Origin: Trichomonas gallinae
Taxonomy: Eukaryota
Direction of reading: 5' to 3'
Length of the DNA: 64,000 nucleotides
NCBI GenBank assembly: GCA_008369845.1
Contig: MRSU01005191.1
Coordinates: 1 to 64,000, forward strand
Under the pieces are notes generated by a model that was not told the DNA's origin, did not search any database, and was given only the letters and a program-made list of their open reading frames with translations. The first letter of the stretch is position 1; each line of letters opens with the position of its first letter. Of the stretch, positions 21,303-32,367 are shown in pieces. A program made the position numbers and the translations under genes.

Positions 21303-22297
21303 ATTTTGAAGAAAATAAAATCATAGAAAAGTGTCAATTATTTTAGGAAAGTGGAAAATCATGATGTGCTCTAAACAAAGATTGATTTAGTCCGAAAAAT
21401 CGAAAAGTGACTTTAATCTTAAAATTGTTTAAAATGGGATTAAATACATTAAAACATTTGATTTTGTCCGAAAATTTATTGTCACGTTTTGGTTCCAACC
21501 GAGAAAATAATGCTCAAAAACAATGGCTTATTGCAAATTTATTAATATTTTAATTACTTTTTTTACGTTAATTTTGAAAAGTTTACAAAAAAGTTGGTGA
21601 CGATAAAAATGGCCTGTTGACTATATTGTATCGATAAGTTATCCACATTTTGCAATTTGACATTTATCGATTATTATTCATTTACTTGTCATTTTCTTTT
21701 CAAATATTTCACAACTTTACATCGTTATTTGTCAAAAAAAAAAGAAAGAAAGAAGAAAGTGTAACGGCTGATTAAAAAATACAAAAAATAAAAATTTAGA
21801 ATCTACATGCTATTATAATGCTATATTTAATGTCAACAGTATATGGTGAGGTGAGGAAAACGGTTTTCGCACTTTTCTTCACAAGCCTCTGCCACTTTTC
21901 TGACATTTTTCAATCATATTAGGCTCATATTCATATAAATAGTAAAATTATTCAAAATTGATTATTGTGATGTCATCTTTATATAAATTATTACTTATTG
22001 ATTTTTGTCCTGAAAAGCATTAAGATATTTGCTTAAGGAGTTATGTGTTATATTTTATATATGCATACATTAAGATTCTGATTGTATCCGTAAAACTAAG
22101 TAATATTTTTACATATTAAAATTCATATAAGTTTATCTATGCGTTCACCACATCAATTATTCTTTTTATTGGATTATATTAACCATTGCACTCATTAATC
22201 CTACCAAAAAGGTGTATTCTCGCTAATACACTTCTAAAAAAAAAAGAATTAGGAGATATCTTTAATAGGAAATCTTTATTATATATCAATAGCAAAT

Positions 22298-23653
22298 TTA
22301 ATTCTTGTTAAGGTTGAACCATCTTTCGAATTTCTCGTCATCTTCACCAAGCGACTTAGCCTGTTGATCAGATACCCTAATAAGCATTTCCTTGAGCTGC
22401 TTGCCCTTGATGTCTCTGGCGATTAACTTCTGCTTGAGTGCCTCCTTTGGATCATCTGGATTTGGAACATAGGTTGGGCGAGTCATTGGAAGAGCCATGG
22501 ACATATCTGGTGCGGTTGGATGCTGCTGTTGAACAGTCTTCTTGGCTTTCTCGCGTGAGCGAACATTCTTTGTCTTCCAGTAAGAGATGTATAAGTTCTC
22601 GCCCTTGAATGGGAAGAGGATAGCGCTGGAAATAGCGTCGGCGGCAGCTTCCTTTGCCTTGTAGAGAACGTAGCCATAGCCCTTAGCTTCCTTGTTCTCA
22701 TCACGCTCGAGTCTGATACGCTCGACTTCACCGAACTGCTTGAAGTAGTCGGCGAATTCCTCATCTGTGATATCCTTCGGGAATTGCTTGACGTAAAGGT
22801 TACGGCCAGCTGTGTCCTTAGCGAATTTGTCTGTCTTCTCCTGGTGGGCGCGGGCGTTGTGTGCAGAACGCTCTGTCTTTGTCATCTGGCGGTTGCATGT
22901 AAATGTGACGCCGTACATTTCCTTGCCGTTAAGATCATTTACAGCTTTGACAGCATCTTCGTGATTAACGAAGTTGCAGAAGCCGAAGCCTAATGGCTTG
23001 CCACTAGCATCGACGGAAAGGTGCGGGTTCTGGATAGCACCGTATTTCTCGAATAACTTCTTGAGATCTTCATCCGTCTTGAAGTGTTCAGCTGGAAGTG
23101 GCTTGATGTAAACGTTGAGGAATGTGTCATCAAGGTTCTTCTTTGCTGGTTTCCTGTAAGCCTCGATTTGGATGGCCTTGCCGTTGATTGAGGCATCGGA
23201 AAGCTCTGTCTTAGCCTTTTCGGCATCTTCTTCTCTTCTGAACTGGATATAACCGTATCCACGTGACTTTGATTGACTTAATGGGATCTTGCATGAGATG
23301 ATCTCACCAAAGTTAGAGAAAGCATCGTGAAGCTGGGAAACTTCGATTTCTTCGTCAAGGCCATTGATGAAGAGAGCGCCCTTGGAGGATCTGATGAGGG
23401 CCTTTGTTTCTGGATCATTCCACAAAATACGAATTGGCTTGCCATCGAGTTTTGTGTAGTTGAGATCGTGGATGACCTTAGCGGCATCTTCATGCTTTTC
23501 GAAATTTACGAAAGCGAAACTGTATGGAAGGATCTTGTGTGCTTTGATGACTGTGCTGATTGGTGGTTGAACGCCAGCTTCGGCAAAGAACGATTTAAGG
23601 AAGTCTTCTGTGATGTTTTGCGGGAGATCGCCAATGTAAAGATTAGCAGTCAT
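22298..23653 (-). CDS. PABP: Polyadenylate-binding protein family (4 RRM)
   Basis: ATG 23653 gives MTANLYIGDL; PABP-typical LNYTKLDGKPIRILW, RGYGYIQF, GFGFCNF, NLYVK; strongly biased codons. Confidence 0.9.
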   Translation of the reverse strand: MTANLYIGDLPQNITEDFLKSFFAEAGVQPPISTVIKAHKILPYSFAFVNFEKHEDAAKVIHDLNYTKLDGKPIRILWNDPETKALIRSSKGALFINGLDEEIEVSQLHDAFSNFGEIISCKIPLSQSKSRGYGYIQFRREEDAEKAKTELSDASINGKAIQIEAYRKPAKKNLDDTFLNVYIKPLPAEHFKTDEDLKKLFEKYGAIQNPHLSVDASGKPLGFGFCNFVNHEDAVKAVNDLNGKEMYGVTFTCNRQMTKTERSAHNARAHQEKTDKFAKDTAGRNLYVKQFPKDITDEEFADYFKQFGEVERIRLERDENKEAKGYGYVLYKAKEAAADAISSAILFPFKGENLYISYWKTKNVRSREKAKKTVQQQHPTAPDMSMALPMTRPTYVPNPDDPKEALKQKLIARDIKGKQLKEMLIRVSDQQAKSLGEDDEKFERWFNLNKN

Positions 23654-24105
23654 TAAATCGAAGAAAGTGGCTGAGGCAGTTTTTGTAAACTTGGCGTGGT
23701 CCAACAAACTTTTTCCTTTTTCGCTGTTATAATGTCGATAATCAATAGAAAACGCTTTTTGCTGTAAAAAAAATGATAATTTCGAAATTTCGAAATCATC
23801 AAAAAAAGTGAAAAAATAAATTCGACACAAGAATTTAATTTTAAAACATATTCATCATAGATTCACTGTATATCAGAATAAATCACATAAATTTTCATAA
23901 ATTCGATTTTTGTCTTAAAAAATTTTAAAGTGAAATCCATATTTCATAGTAATATTTGAAACATATTAATCATATGTAAGCTATTCAAAACACACTCATG
24001 TAATGAAAACACAATATTCAAAATGAAAAATTATATTATTCCTAGATGAATTATGTAAGCGTGGTTTTTCGTTAACCTAATTGTAAAAGAATGAAAATTC
24101 GCGGT

Positions 24106-24729
24106 TTACTTACTGTATGTTTCTGTGTTTCCCTGATTGAGTGGTTCTGTAGCTGCATAGCCAGCTAATTCGTTCTCTTGGAGGTATACGAATAAGAGGA
24201 AGCATTGGAGAATGAACCATGTGATCAAAAGACCGAGAAGTGCTTCGCCTGCTCCTGTGCATCTCCTGTCGCAATAATCATAGATTGCGCCTAATTCTGT
24301 GCCAGCAATGTGTTTCTTGAACCAGATTGTTTCTGGGTTGTTTGGATACTTGAAAAGATAAGAAAACAGATTTTGATCAGCTTTGTTCTCGTATGTGTTG
24401 TTTCCGAAAACAGATGCGTATATAATACCGAGAATCATTGTGAAAACTGTTGTTCCGCACGATGTGTAAAGGATAATTTTATGGATTCTTGGTATTAACT
24501 TGAACATTGTGATAACATTGCCAGCAATAGAAATAATAACGAAAATAAAGATGAAAATTGCTAATGTACCTGGTCCTGTGCCAACAGCTCTGTTGAAATA
24601 GCTATCGAAAGTCATCCAGCAGAGTACGATGTTGTAAATCACAATGGAAAGGCTGAAAATGCCCCAAAAGAGCTTGAAAAAGAATGATGGTTTCAGATAC
24701 CAAGTGCGAATACCAAAATCTGGATCCAT
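24106..24729 (-). CDS. Four-transmembrane protein with tetraspanin-like topology
   Basis: Three N-terminal hydrophobic helices, a ~50-aa loop and a fourth helix; no CCG motif. Confidence 0.75.
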   Translation of the reverse strand: MDPDFGIRTWYLKPSFFFKLFWGIFSLSIVIYNIVLCWMTFDSYFNRAVGTGPGTLAIFIFIFVIISIAGNVITMFKLIPRIHKIILYTSCGTTVFTMILGIIYASVFGNNTYENKADQNLFSYLFKYPNNPETIWFKKHIAGTELGAIYDYCDRRCTGAGEALLGLLITWFILQCFLLFVYLQENELAGYAATEPLNQGNTETYSK

Positions 24730-24737
24730 GAAATTTT

Positions 24738-25021
24738 GTCACTTTTCAGCATTTCATTTTTCTTTGTCACTTTTATAAATACGATGAGATTTTGTCACTT
24801 TTGAAAAATTGACAATTGATTTGGCACTTTTGTTCCGAAAGGTTATATTAGCACTTTTATCAAAATGTCACTTTTTGGTCTACTATTTTTTTGTGCAAAT
24901 TCTAGTGATGTCCTCTTTGGGATGATTATTTACAATGGCACTTTTTGTCAAAAAAAATATCGCCTTATTGTGGCACTTTTTGGATGATTATTTACAATGG
25001 CACTTTTTATTTTGACACTTT
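24738..25021 (-). promoter_or_regulatory. Array of ~10 AAAGTG(A/C)C motifs in a divergent promoter
   Basis: On +: GTCACTTT at 24738, 24766, 24794, 24867; GGCACTTT at 24823, 24937, 24972, 24999; variants at 24850 and 25014. AAAGTGAC is the motif-2 upstream element known in T. vaginalis. Confidence 0.75.
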
Positions 25022-25027
25022 TCTCGA

Positions 25028-25261
25028 ATGGGGCATTGTTGTTCAATTCGTTTACCAGAACAGAATGATTTTTACGCGAACCTTCATGTTCCGAAGGCAA
25101 ATCCTATAGACGTTATTCCGGTCGAACAAAGATCGGATTCAGATGTACCATTATTTGCCCCTGCAGCAGAAGTTGATTCCGATATCATTTCTGATCCAGA
25201 AACTCTCACAGATGCAGAAATTAATGCTTATGCATCAAAATTAAGCGATAGCGATCAATAA
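25028..25261 (+). CDS. Small N-terminally acylated acidic protein (77 aa)
   Basis: MGHCCS N-terminus; acidic tail similar to that of 31554..31772. Confidence 0.75.
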   Translation: MGHCCSIRLPEQNDFYANLHVPKANPIDVIPVEQRSDSDVPLFAPAAEVDSDIISDPETLTDAEINAYASKLSDSDQ

Positions 25262-25537
25262 TTTAATTGTTTATTCAAATTTTTACTATACGATAGACTA
25301 TAGCCACTATTAAATAAAACTAATGTATTTTGTTTCATTACATCCACACTAATATAGCTGTTATATTTTAATTTCAAATTTCCCAAATTAGATATTTTGT
25401 TATAATGTCAAATTCATTTGAATTAAACTATATGTGTTGATGAGAAAAATAAGAATCTAGTTGGAAAATAATAAAGAAATAAAAAAAACATAATTAATAG
25501 TTTTCCTGTTTAATTATTACATCACATATCCATTCCT

Positions 25538-26932
25538 TTACGCCTTGTTGTTATATGATCCTGGAGCAATTTCAATTTCCTCAACTCCATCAGGTGTTTC
25601 TAAGCTGATCTGCTTAGGTGTTTCAACAATCTGCGGCTTTGTTGGTAATCTCATGCCTGGCTTCCACTGAATGCCTTTGCCTGGTGTAATTGGTCCATCG
25701 CCCTGCTGAGCGGCTTCGATGTCGGCAAGAGCGAATTCTTCGCCTGGATCCTGAGAATCGTTGATCTTTGTGTAGCCATCACTATCAGTACTTCTAATAT
25801 GGAAAATAAAGAGGATTCCGATCATGAAGTAAATTTCAATAATTGCTTTCATCAAATCGGAAACCCAGAATGTTGTATCAACAAACATACTGACAACCAA
25901 GTAAATGAGGATTAAAACAGTAACGGAAAGCAGTAAAATATTGAATAATCTGTACATCCTCTTCTTTTGCTGCAGTGGAGTTGTTGTTGGATCGATTCCA
26001 TATTGTTGTATAACCATCATATGTGCAAGGATCATGATATTGAGCTTGTTGATTGAAGTAATTAATGAATACATGTATAATATGAAGAAAACGAGACCAA
26101 TCACAATAACTATAGACTGAACGAGTAGTGTGAAGTTTGTATATGCAACTATAGTGAAAGCAACGATAGCGCATGCAGAATAAATGAAAGATGTAGCAAA
26201 TTCACAATATCTGACTGTATCAACGAGAATGCACCAACCCTTTGAAGCCATAAGAATTGTAGCGAGCAAAACGATGTATTTGATAATAGCAGTGGAGAAG
26301 AAGATAATATAGCCGAAAATTGGTGTTATATAATTCTTTGCAATAAAGATGAAGGCCAAATAGCCAATTGCACTTAATAGGAAAGCTCCAAATGTGCCTG
26401 TGAACATGTAGTGGATGTAAATTTGAACGGAAAAGTTCATAAACCAATTAACAAGCCAAATGACGAATATCAAGCCCATGATGCCAACAGCAACTGGCGC
26501 TATTGTGAATAATGGTGTGTAGCGATAGTCAATATACGAATTCGGGTTTCTCACGAAATGATCATAAATTAAGGTAAACGAATTGTTGTAACAGCCATAA
26601 AAGAATATGTTATAAACATCTTTCTTATCGATGGTGCCTGTTAATTGGATAATTTGTGATTTATTTGCGATGCTGAAAATTTGAGAAATATTTGATATTG
26701 TTGGATGATCATCTTCAGTGCAGTTCGAAGGTTTTAGACTTAAAACATCCAATTTGGCATATTCTGTATCCGTGATTAAGCCCATCATTATTCTCGGGAT
26801 TTGGATATTAGTGGCTGTGAGGCTATAACTACCTCCGACTTCAAAGCCAAATGATTCTCGGATAGATCCGAAGATTCTATGAGAAGTGCCGGTGCCTCTT
26901 ATATATAAGCCGAGAGAGAAAATCACAAACAT
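25538..26932 (-). CDS. GPR107/GPR108-like (lung seven-transmembrane family) protein
   Basis: Signal peptide, luminal domain ending NPNSYID, seven hydrophobic helices, SKGWCI motif. Confidence 0.8.
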   Translation of the reverse strand: MFVIFSLGLYIRGTGTSHRIFGSIRESFGFEVGGSYSLTATNIQIPRIMMGLITDTEYAKLDVLSLKPSNCTEDDHPTISNISQIFSIANKSQIIQLTGTIDKKDVYNIFFYGCYNNSFTLIYDHFVRNPNSYIDYRYTPLFTIAPVAVGIMGLIFVIWLVNWFMNFSVQIYIHYMFTGTFGAFLLSAIGYLAFIFIAKNYITPIFGYIIFFSTAIIKYIVLLATILMASKGWCILVDTVRYCEFATSFIYSACAIVAFTIVAYTNFTLLVQSIVIVIGLVFFILYMYSLITSINKLNIMILAHMMVIQQYGIDPTTTPLQQKKRMYRLFNILLLSVTVLILIYLVVSMFVDTTFWVSDLMKAIIEIYFMIGILFIFHIRSTDSDGYTKINDSQDPGEEFALADIEAAQQGDGPITPGKGIQWKPGMRLPTKPQIVETPKQISLETPDGVEEIEIAPGSYNNKA

Positions 26933-26982
26933 TTTATTTTGTCACATTTTTGATACGTATTTAATGATCGACAAATTTAATT

Positions 26983-27100
26983 TTTTACATGGCAGAAAAT
27001 TTAATTTATGTCATGTAAATTTGTTTTACATGGTAAAAATATTTTATTCTATGCAAATTATTTTACATGGCAGAAAAGTGATTTTATGTTATGTAAATTT
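26983..27100. repeat. ~40-bp imperfect direct repeat built from TTACATGGCA / TGTCATGTAA units
   Basis: 26983-27022 aligns with 27061-27100; upstream of the 7TM gene. Confidence 0.75.
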
Positions 27101-27723
27101 AAATTTTCGCAAACACAGTTATTCAAAATACTCTTTTGCTTTTATGATATAAAATCAAAGATGCATTTTGAAGAACAGTGTTTGCGAGAACCACGATTTC
27201 AGCCTCACTTTTTCTTAGAAACATATTTGCGATATTTATGTTATGTAAAGTTGTTATACATGGCAAATAAGTTTCTAAGAATACATCAATGCATTAGAAT
27301 TAGAAGGAATTTTATCGTGTATTTAATGTTGGAAATGGATATTTTTTCTTTAAGTTATCTCACATTTGATCATGAAATGATTAAGATGTGATATTTTTGT
27401 TCAAACATTGATGTTGTAATGGATAATGATATGTATTTATGATGTATTCTGTTATAGATCTCTTAAATGTAAGGAAATAAAACTATATTCAATCAGTCGA
27501 ATTGATTTGAAACTAAATTTGATTTTTAACACTATTTAAATTTGTCATTTGTTTAATATACAATAATATAATTAATTTATATGTGTGTAATTGATAAAAG
27601 TTTATAATTTTTTCTTATTTCGTGTGTATATTGGAATTTAATGTGAGTTTTCGCTTAAACATGATAAAAATTCATATATTGCATAACTAATTTGAATTTA
27701 ATAACAAACAACAATAATTAATT

Positions 27724-30700
27724 TTATATCATTAAAACTCCTGCTGAAGAGAAGGAGTTACTATAACTCTTGTATTTATCCTTCTTTGTGCGATGGCAGC
27801 ACATGAGCCTGATGCATAAAATGCAGATGCAGGAAAATATCACGACAAAAATCATTGTATAAATGGCAATATACATGTAAATGTCTCTATAAATGTATAG
27901 ATGGCTCAAAGATCCAACTAAACACTTCTGTCCATTGTATCTTGTGCAGTTTAATTCATAATACTTTGAAAAGAATGGTAATTTGGTTTTAAACTCGATG
28001 TTCCACGTTTCACATGCAATAGATTCACCACATATTATGGGAAATGGATGCAAATATATTTCTGGATTAGCTTTGATGCATTTTGATTCGAATAATTCGT
28101 TTTCTTTCGAAAGTGGTGAGAAAATGATATGAAGTCCTTCATATCTACCATTCATAAGTCTAAATTTTGGTAATTTGAAGATAGAAAACGGCAAATCAAC
28201 TGTATTATGAGTTATATCAGACTTTGGATTGAAAAAATTGATTTCTGGTCCATAATCTTGTGATATGTGAAGTTTTTTGAAATTTGTGAGATGGGAGGCG
28301 TTTGTTGTAGGACTAATTGTGTAAATATTATTTATATTCAAATTTTTAATATAATTCGCCAAGAATGTAGCACTATTGATAACTATGATATCATCTATGT
28401 TAGTGGTGAGAGCTGTATCCTCTTTCAAAGATGTGAAATAAACTTGCGCGCCTGCTTTAACGATTAACTTGGGAATATTTATCTCAGAACAGTTGGTTAT
28501 GAAGCCAAATTCACCAGTCTTTACATGTACAGCAATTGGACTCGTTTGTGACTTTAAATCTAAAAAAATAGAAGAAGCAAACCTTTGTCTGTTTTCTATC
28601 ACTGCGTAAATCAGGAAATTAGGAGGATAGACTCCATGCACTGAAATATCTTGAAATTCTCCAGAAATATTAACATGATATGAAATTTTCTTAGATTCGC
28701 AGCCGATAAGAGTGAAATTATTTCTTTCAGGATCTAAATATATGAAATCTGCTTCTATTTTTGTATCATTTAGCATAATATAGTCTGAATATAATTTGAT
28801 CACGCAATTTGCGCAATATAAAGTCAATGATCGTGTTTTTTGTGTGGATTCAAACTTAAAAGCATTGTTTTCGTTTGGAATAAGTCTTTTGAGCGATGTA
28901 AGATCGATAAACAAATCTTCAACTTCGGAAATCAGCTTTTCGAGCTCTGAGTCAATGAATGAGTCTTTTATTGTCAACGAATTAAGCGTTGATTTAGATC
29001 TTGTGTTGACAATACTTGCATTTACACACTCCAAAGTCAAATCTGCAAATTCATAGAATGTTAAGCCGTCAAGAACGAACTTATTGTGCGCACACTTGTC
29101 ATTTTCATCCATTCCAATAGCTTTGAGGCTGATATCTTCTTGAGATGAAAGCCTATAAAAGTTAACTAAGTTTCTTCGTGTGTAAACATTGTGTTTGAGT
29201 TTGAAAATGATTTCAGTAGGACTTGCCAAGAAGTTATCAAGCCATTTATCGTAGTCTTTCTCATTTTCAAGAACGTTATCATTAAGAACATCGCAAACAG
29301 AGCTGTTTCCAAAACAGAATGTAGTACTCTGCATGTTGGGCATCTTCTTGACGAAGAAATTAAACTCTTTAACAAAGGAAAGCTCAGTGAATTTAACATC
29401 TATAATAGATTCGTTAGCGATAATCGAGCTGTTTCTATATTGGAATTTGATCAACTCCGAGACTGTCGATGATCTGATTGTCAAAACTGTCGTATTGTCT
29501 TTAATTTTATCGAAATAATAATAATTATACTTCAAATCCAAATATCCTGAGCCTTCAAGCACGTTACTCCTGATAATTGACCTTTTGTTATTTTCAGGAA
29601 GCCATAAAATCAAACTTTTTTCAATGCGAATATCATCAATGTTGAGATTGAAGGTTTTTAATGCGTGAATAATTGTCACTGTGTATTCAGATAAACTATC
29701 GCACTGAAAATATATCGCATTCTCATTGTTAAGTAAAATATATCTGATATAAGCACTAGTATTGTTTTCTATGTCACACTTTCCTAGAAATCCAACTTCC
29801 ATTGCTTCTATGTATAGATTCATGTGATAATCTAGTTGGTTTTGTATCTTTAAAGGACCTCCAAGAATAACTCGGTCAATTTTGCAATTTTTAGTGCTAA
29901 AATACACGTTTAATGTTCCATTTGCATATAAATTGGCTGGAAGTGAGACAGAAAGGTGCAAATCGAATTCGTACAAACATTCAATATTAAAAAATGTTCT
30001 AGGTTCAGATGTGAACCATTCGCATTCGAGAAAACGAGCCTCTCCAGAAGAATATTGATGTCCACGAATGTCAATGTTATCAAAGAATGGATTTTGATAT
30101 TGATAATAATTGATAAATGAATTTGACGCTTTATGGTTTCCATAGACGAAGCTTAGAGTCACTGGATGGACAAAAGTGATGGTTAAAGCGCCTGACTTCG
30201 ATTCTTCGCTGATTATCAAATCTCGATCAAAAAATCCGAATTTTTTATTATTTGGCACTGCAAATGTAACCAAAGAATTATTGGTGACATCAAGTACTAA
30301 ATTATACTTGCGTGTGAACAAAGTCTTTCGTAGATCTAAAATTGGAAACAAATTGCATTTAATGCAGTTAAAAACAACCATTGCTTCTAATGGTGCTGTT
30401 AAATCATCGCAAATCAATTCTTTCGCTGTGCATGAGAAAGTAAAACATTGAATTAAAATTAAATTTGAAATTGTTATGGTATCATTTGAACCTGCATCAA
30501 TCGCGACAATGATTTGGTCAAGTATGAGATCTGTATATATTGGTTCATCGATTTTGAAGTTAATTCTGTCTTGATTCAATCCAAAAAAACGAATTTTATC
30601 GAATTTTGATGCGCCATTGAGTGAAATACTTTGTTTTATGTTGCCTATTACATTGACTTCTATTGAATACGAATCGTCTGGTTGAATTTTATTCAAATCG

Positions 30701-30825
30701 AAGGTTGTAATATTGTTTTTATTGTAAATAATTGATGAATGGAGCGTGGAGAAGCATTGTAAGTCTTCACATAGCGTAATATTCACGCAACATGCATCAA
30801 AAATTAGAAAAATTAAAACAAACAT
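27724..30825 (-). CDS. Large type I membrane (surface) protein, 1033 aa
   Basis: Hydrophobic N-terminus, beta-rich ectodomain with two similar Cys-pair segments (ITLCEDLQC, TFCFGNSSVC), C-terminal TM helix and Cys-rich basic tail. Confidence 0.85.
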   Translation of the reverse strand: MFVLIFLIFDACCVNITLCEDLQCFSTLHSSIIYNKNNITTFDLNKIQPDDSYSIEVNVIGNIKQSISLNGASKFDKIRFFGLNQDRINFKIDEPIYTDLILDQIIVAIDAGSNDTITISNLILIQCFTFSCTAKELICDDLTAPLEAMVVFNCIKCNLFPILDLRKTLFTRKYNLVLDVTNNSLVTFAVPNNKKFGFFDRDLIISEESKSGALTITFVHPVTLSFVYGNHKASNSFINYYQYQNPFFDNIDIRGHQYSSGEARFLECEWFTSEPRTFFNIECLYEFDLHLSVSLPANLYANGTLNVYFSTKNCKIDRVILGGPLKIQNQLDYHMNLYIEAMEVGFLGKCDIENNTSAYIRYILLNNENAIYFQCDSLSEYTVTIIHALKTFNLNIDDIRIEKSLILWLPENNKRSIIRSNVLEGSGYLDLKYNYYYFDKIKDNTTVLTIRSSTVSELIKFQYRNSSIIANESIIDVKFTELSFVKEFNFFVKKMPNMQSTTFCFGNSSVCDVLNDNVLENEKDYDKWLDNFLASPTEIIFKLKHNVYTRRNLVNFYRLSSQEDISLKAIGMDENDKCAHNKFVLDGLTFYEFADLTLECVNASIVNTRSKSTLNSLTIKDSFIDSELEKLISEVEDLFIDLTSLKRLIPNENNAFKFESTQKTRSLTLYCANCVIKLYSDYIMLNDTKIEADFIYLDPERNNFTLIGCESKKISYHVNISGEFQDISVHGVYPPNFLIYAVIENRQRFASSIFLDLKSQTSPIAVHVKTGEFGFITNCSEINIPKLIVKAGAQVYFTSLKEDTALTTNIDDIIVINSATFLANYIKNLNINNIYTISPTTNASHLTNFKKLHISQDYGPEINFFNPKSDITHNTVDLPFSIFKLPKFRLMNGRYEGLHIIFSPLSKENELFESKCIKANPEIYLHPFPIICGESIACETWNIEFKTKLPFFSKYYELNCTRYNGQKCLVGSLSHLYIYRDIYMYIAIYTMIFVVIFSCICILCIRLMCCHRTKKDKYKSYSNSFSSAGVLMI

Positions 30826-31553
30826 TGATTTTTATAAAATTTGCTGACAAATGACAAGAATTTGACATTCAGGATCCGATATTTCTTTTCCAGTTTTGAC
30901 TGAGAAATATGACCTATACTGGAAGCAATATCAGATTATCAAATAAAATTGGATTTTTTCATTGTAATTTTCAAAAATCATCGAATATTAGTTTTTGTGC
31001 TATTTGTATAATGAATATCACATTTATACAAGGATGTAAGATTAAATATCTATCGAAATCATGTATTTATGAATGAAATTTCAATTCTTGAAAATATTTA
31101 TTAATTTTAGTTCCTCTTTTGAAATTATTATATACTCATGGAACAATATCTAATTTGAAATAGAAATATGAATTTCATGTAATTAATAAAATTTTTTTCC
31201 TCGATATTTGAGAAAATCTAATACTTTATTATTATTTTTATATTTTCTACCTCCATAATATATCATACTCAATGTGAAATTCCTCATGTCTAAAAAAAAA
31301 TCAACTTTTTTTCAAAATCTTTCAATTTGGTTGATTTCCATATGGAAATAGATTATCTAGACTTGGGTTATGCTAGTCCAATGATTTTTGTCCGTCTTTT
31401 TCCAAAATGAAATATTTCGATTTTATTTTTGTAAACTATGGATTTTCATCACGTATAATTTAGTCTAATAGATGATAATTTATTAATATACTTATAACGC
31501 ATGTGAATAGTTTCTTGCAACATTATTTACAAATATAATACAACTATAATTCA

Positions 31554-31772
31554 TTACTCGTCACTATCTTCCTCTAATATTTGATTAATTTCATCATCAT
31601 TTATGAGCTCTGCATCGTCGCTAATAACGGCAAAATTAACTTCCTTTAATAAAGGCGGCTCCGGCAAATTTCCTCCGAAAGCATTTGTTCCATCAGCAAC
31701 TGATGAAACAGTGCTGCGTGGAAAGCTTCCGAATTCTAGAGCAACTTCATCTTTTGAGCAAAAACAGCCCAT
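31554..31772 (-). CDS. Small N-terminally acylated acidic protein (72 aa)
   Basis: MGCFCSK N-terminus; tail VISDDAELINDDEIN similar to 25028..25261. Confidence 0.75.
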   Translation of the reverse strand: MGCFCSKDEVALEFGSFPRSTVSSVADGTNAFGGNLPEPPLLKEVNFAVISDDAELINDDEINQILEEDSDE

Positions 31773-32171
31773 TTCTATTTTATCAAAAGTGACTCAACCT
31801 TCACACTTTTTCCACCCTTCTTTTTGTTATTTCATACGATAACACCTATATTTCACATAATTACTAACTTTACCATGCATAGCTTAATGTTATATTTGTG
31901 CAAATGATCACGAAATCAATCTTGTTGTCGAAGAAATTTCATATCTATGATTTCTGCCTTTTTGACATATAAATATTGTTACATGTCAAAAATTTATTTA
32001 TTTGACAATATTTTTCGCACTCCAATGGAATGGAGTATTTTGATTCATATTTATGATACATGATGTATAAGATTTGATTGGGATGGAATGAATAATAAAT
32101 CTAATATTTTATGGTATAAACAATGTGAGAATATCAAAGAGTTTTGGAAAGTTTAAATGAAAACACTCTAT

Positions 32172-32297
32172 TATGGCATAATCATCGGTTTAAGTGTGTT
32201 GGTACTCACATTATAAGGAATAGTAATATACTCTGTATTCTGATGCCCCAAGAAGGAGCAGATTGTTGAAAGTGCTTGTAATGAACCACTCGTAATG
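32172..32297 (+). pseudogene. Relic of a membrane protein C-terminus (TM helix plus short tail)
   Basis: One frame reads YGIIIGLSVLVLTL*GIVIYSVF*CPKKEQIVESACNEPLV, with two in-frame stops. Confidence 0.55.
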
Positions 32298-32367
32298 TTT
32301 TCAAAGTTAAACATTAAAAAATTGATTTCTAATGTATAATAATAGCTTATTATTTGGTTCGCATTCA

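Noticed and set aside
23654..23830. Upstream extensions in the ORF track (PABP, also 13033, 38647, 48918)
   Set aside because: They start at TTG/GTG and run through promoter-like sequence; downstream ATGs fit the protein families better.
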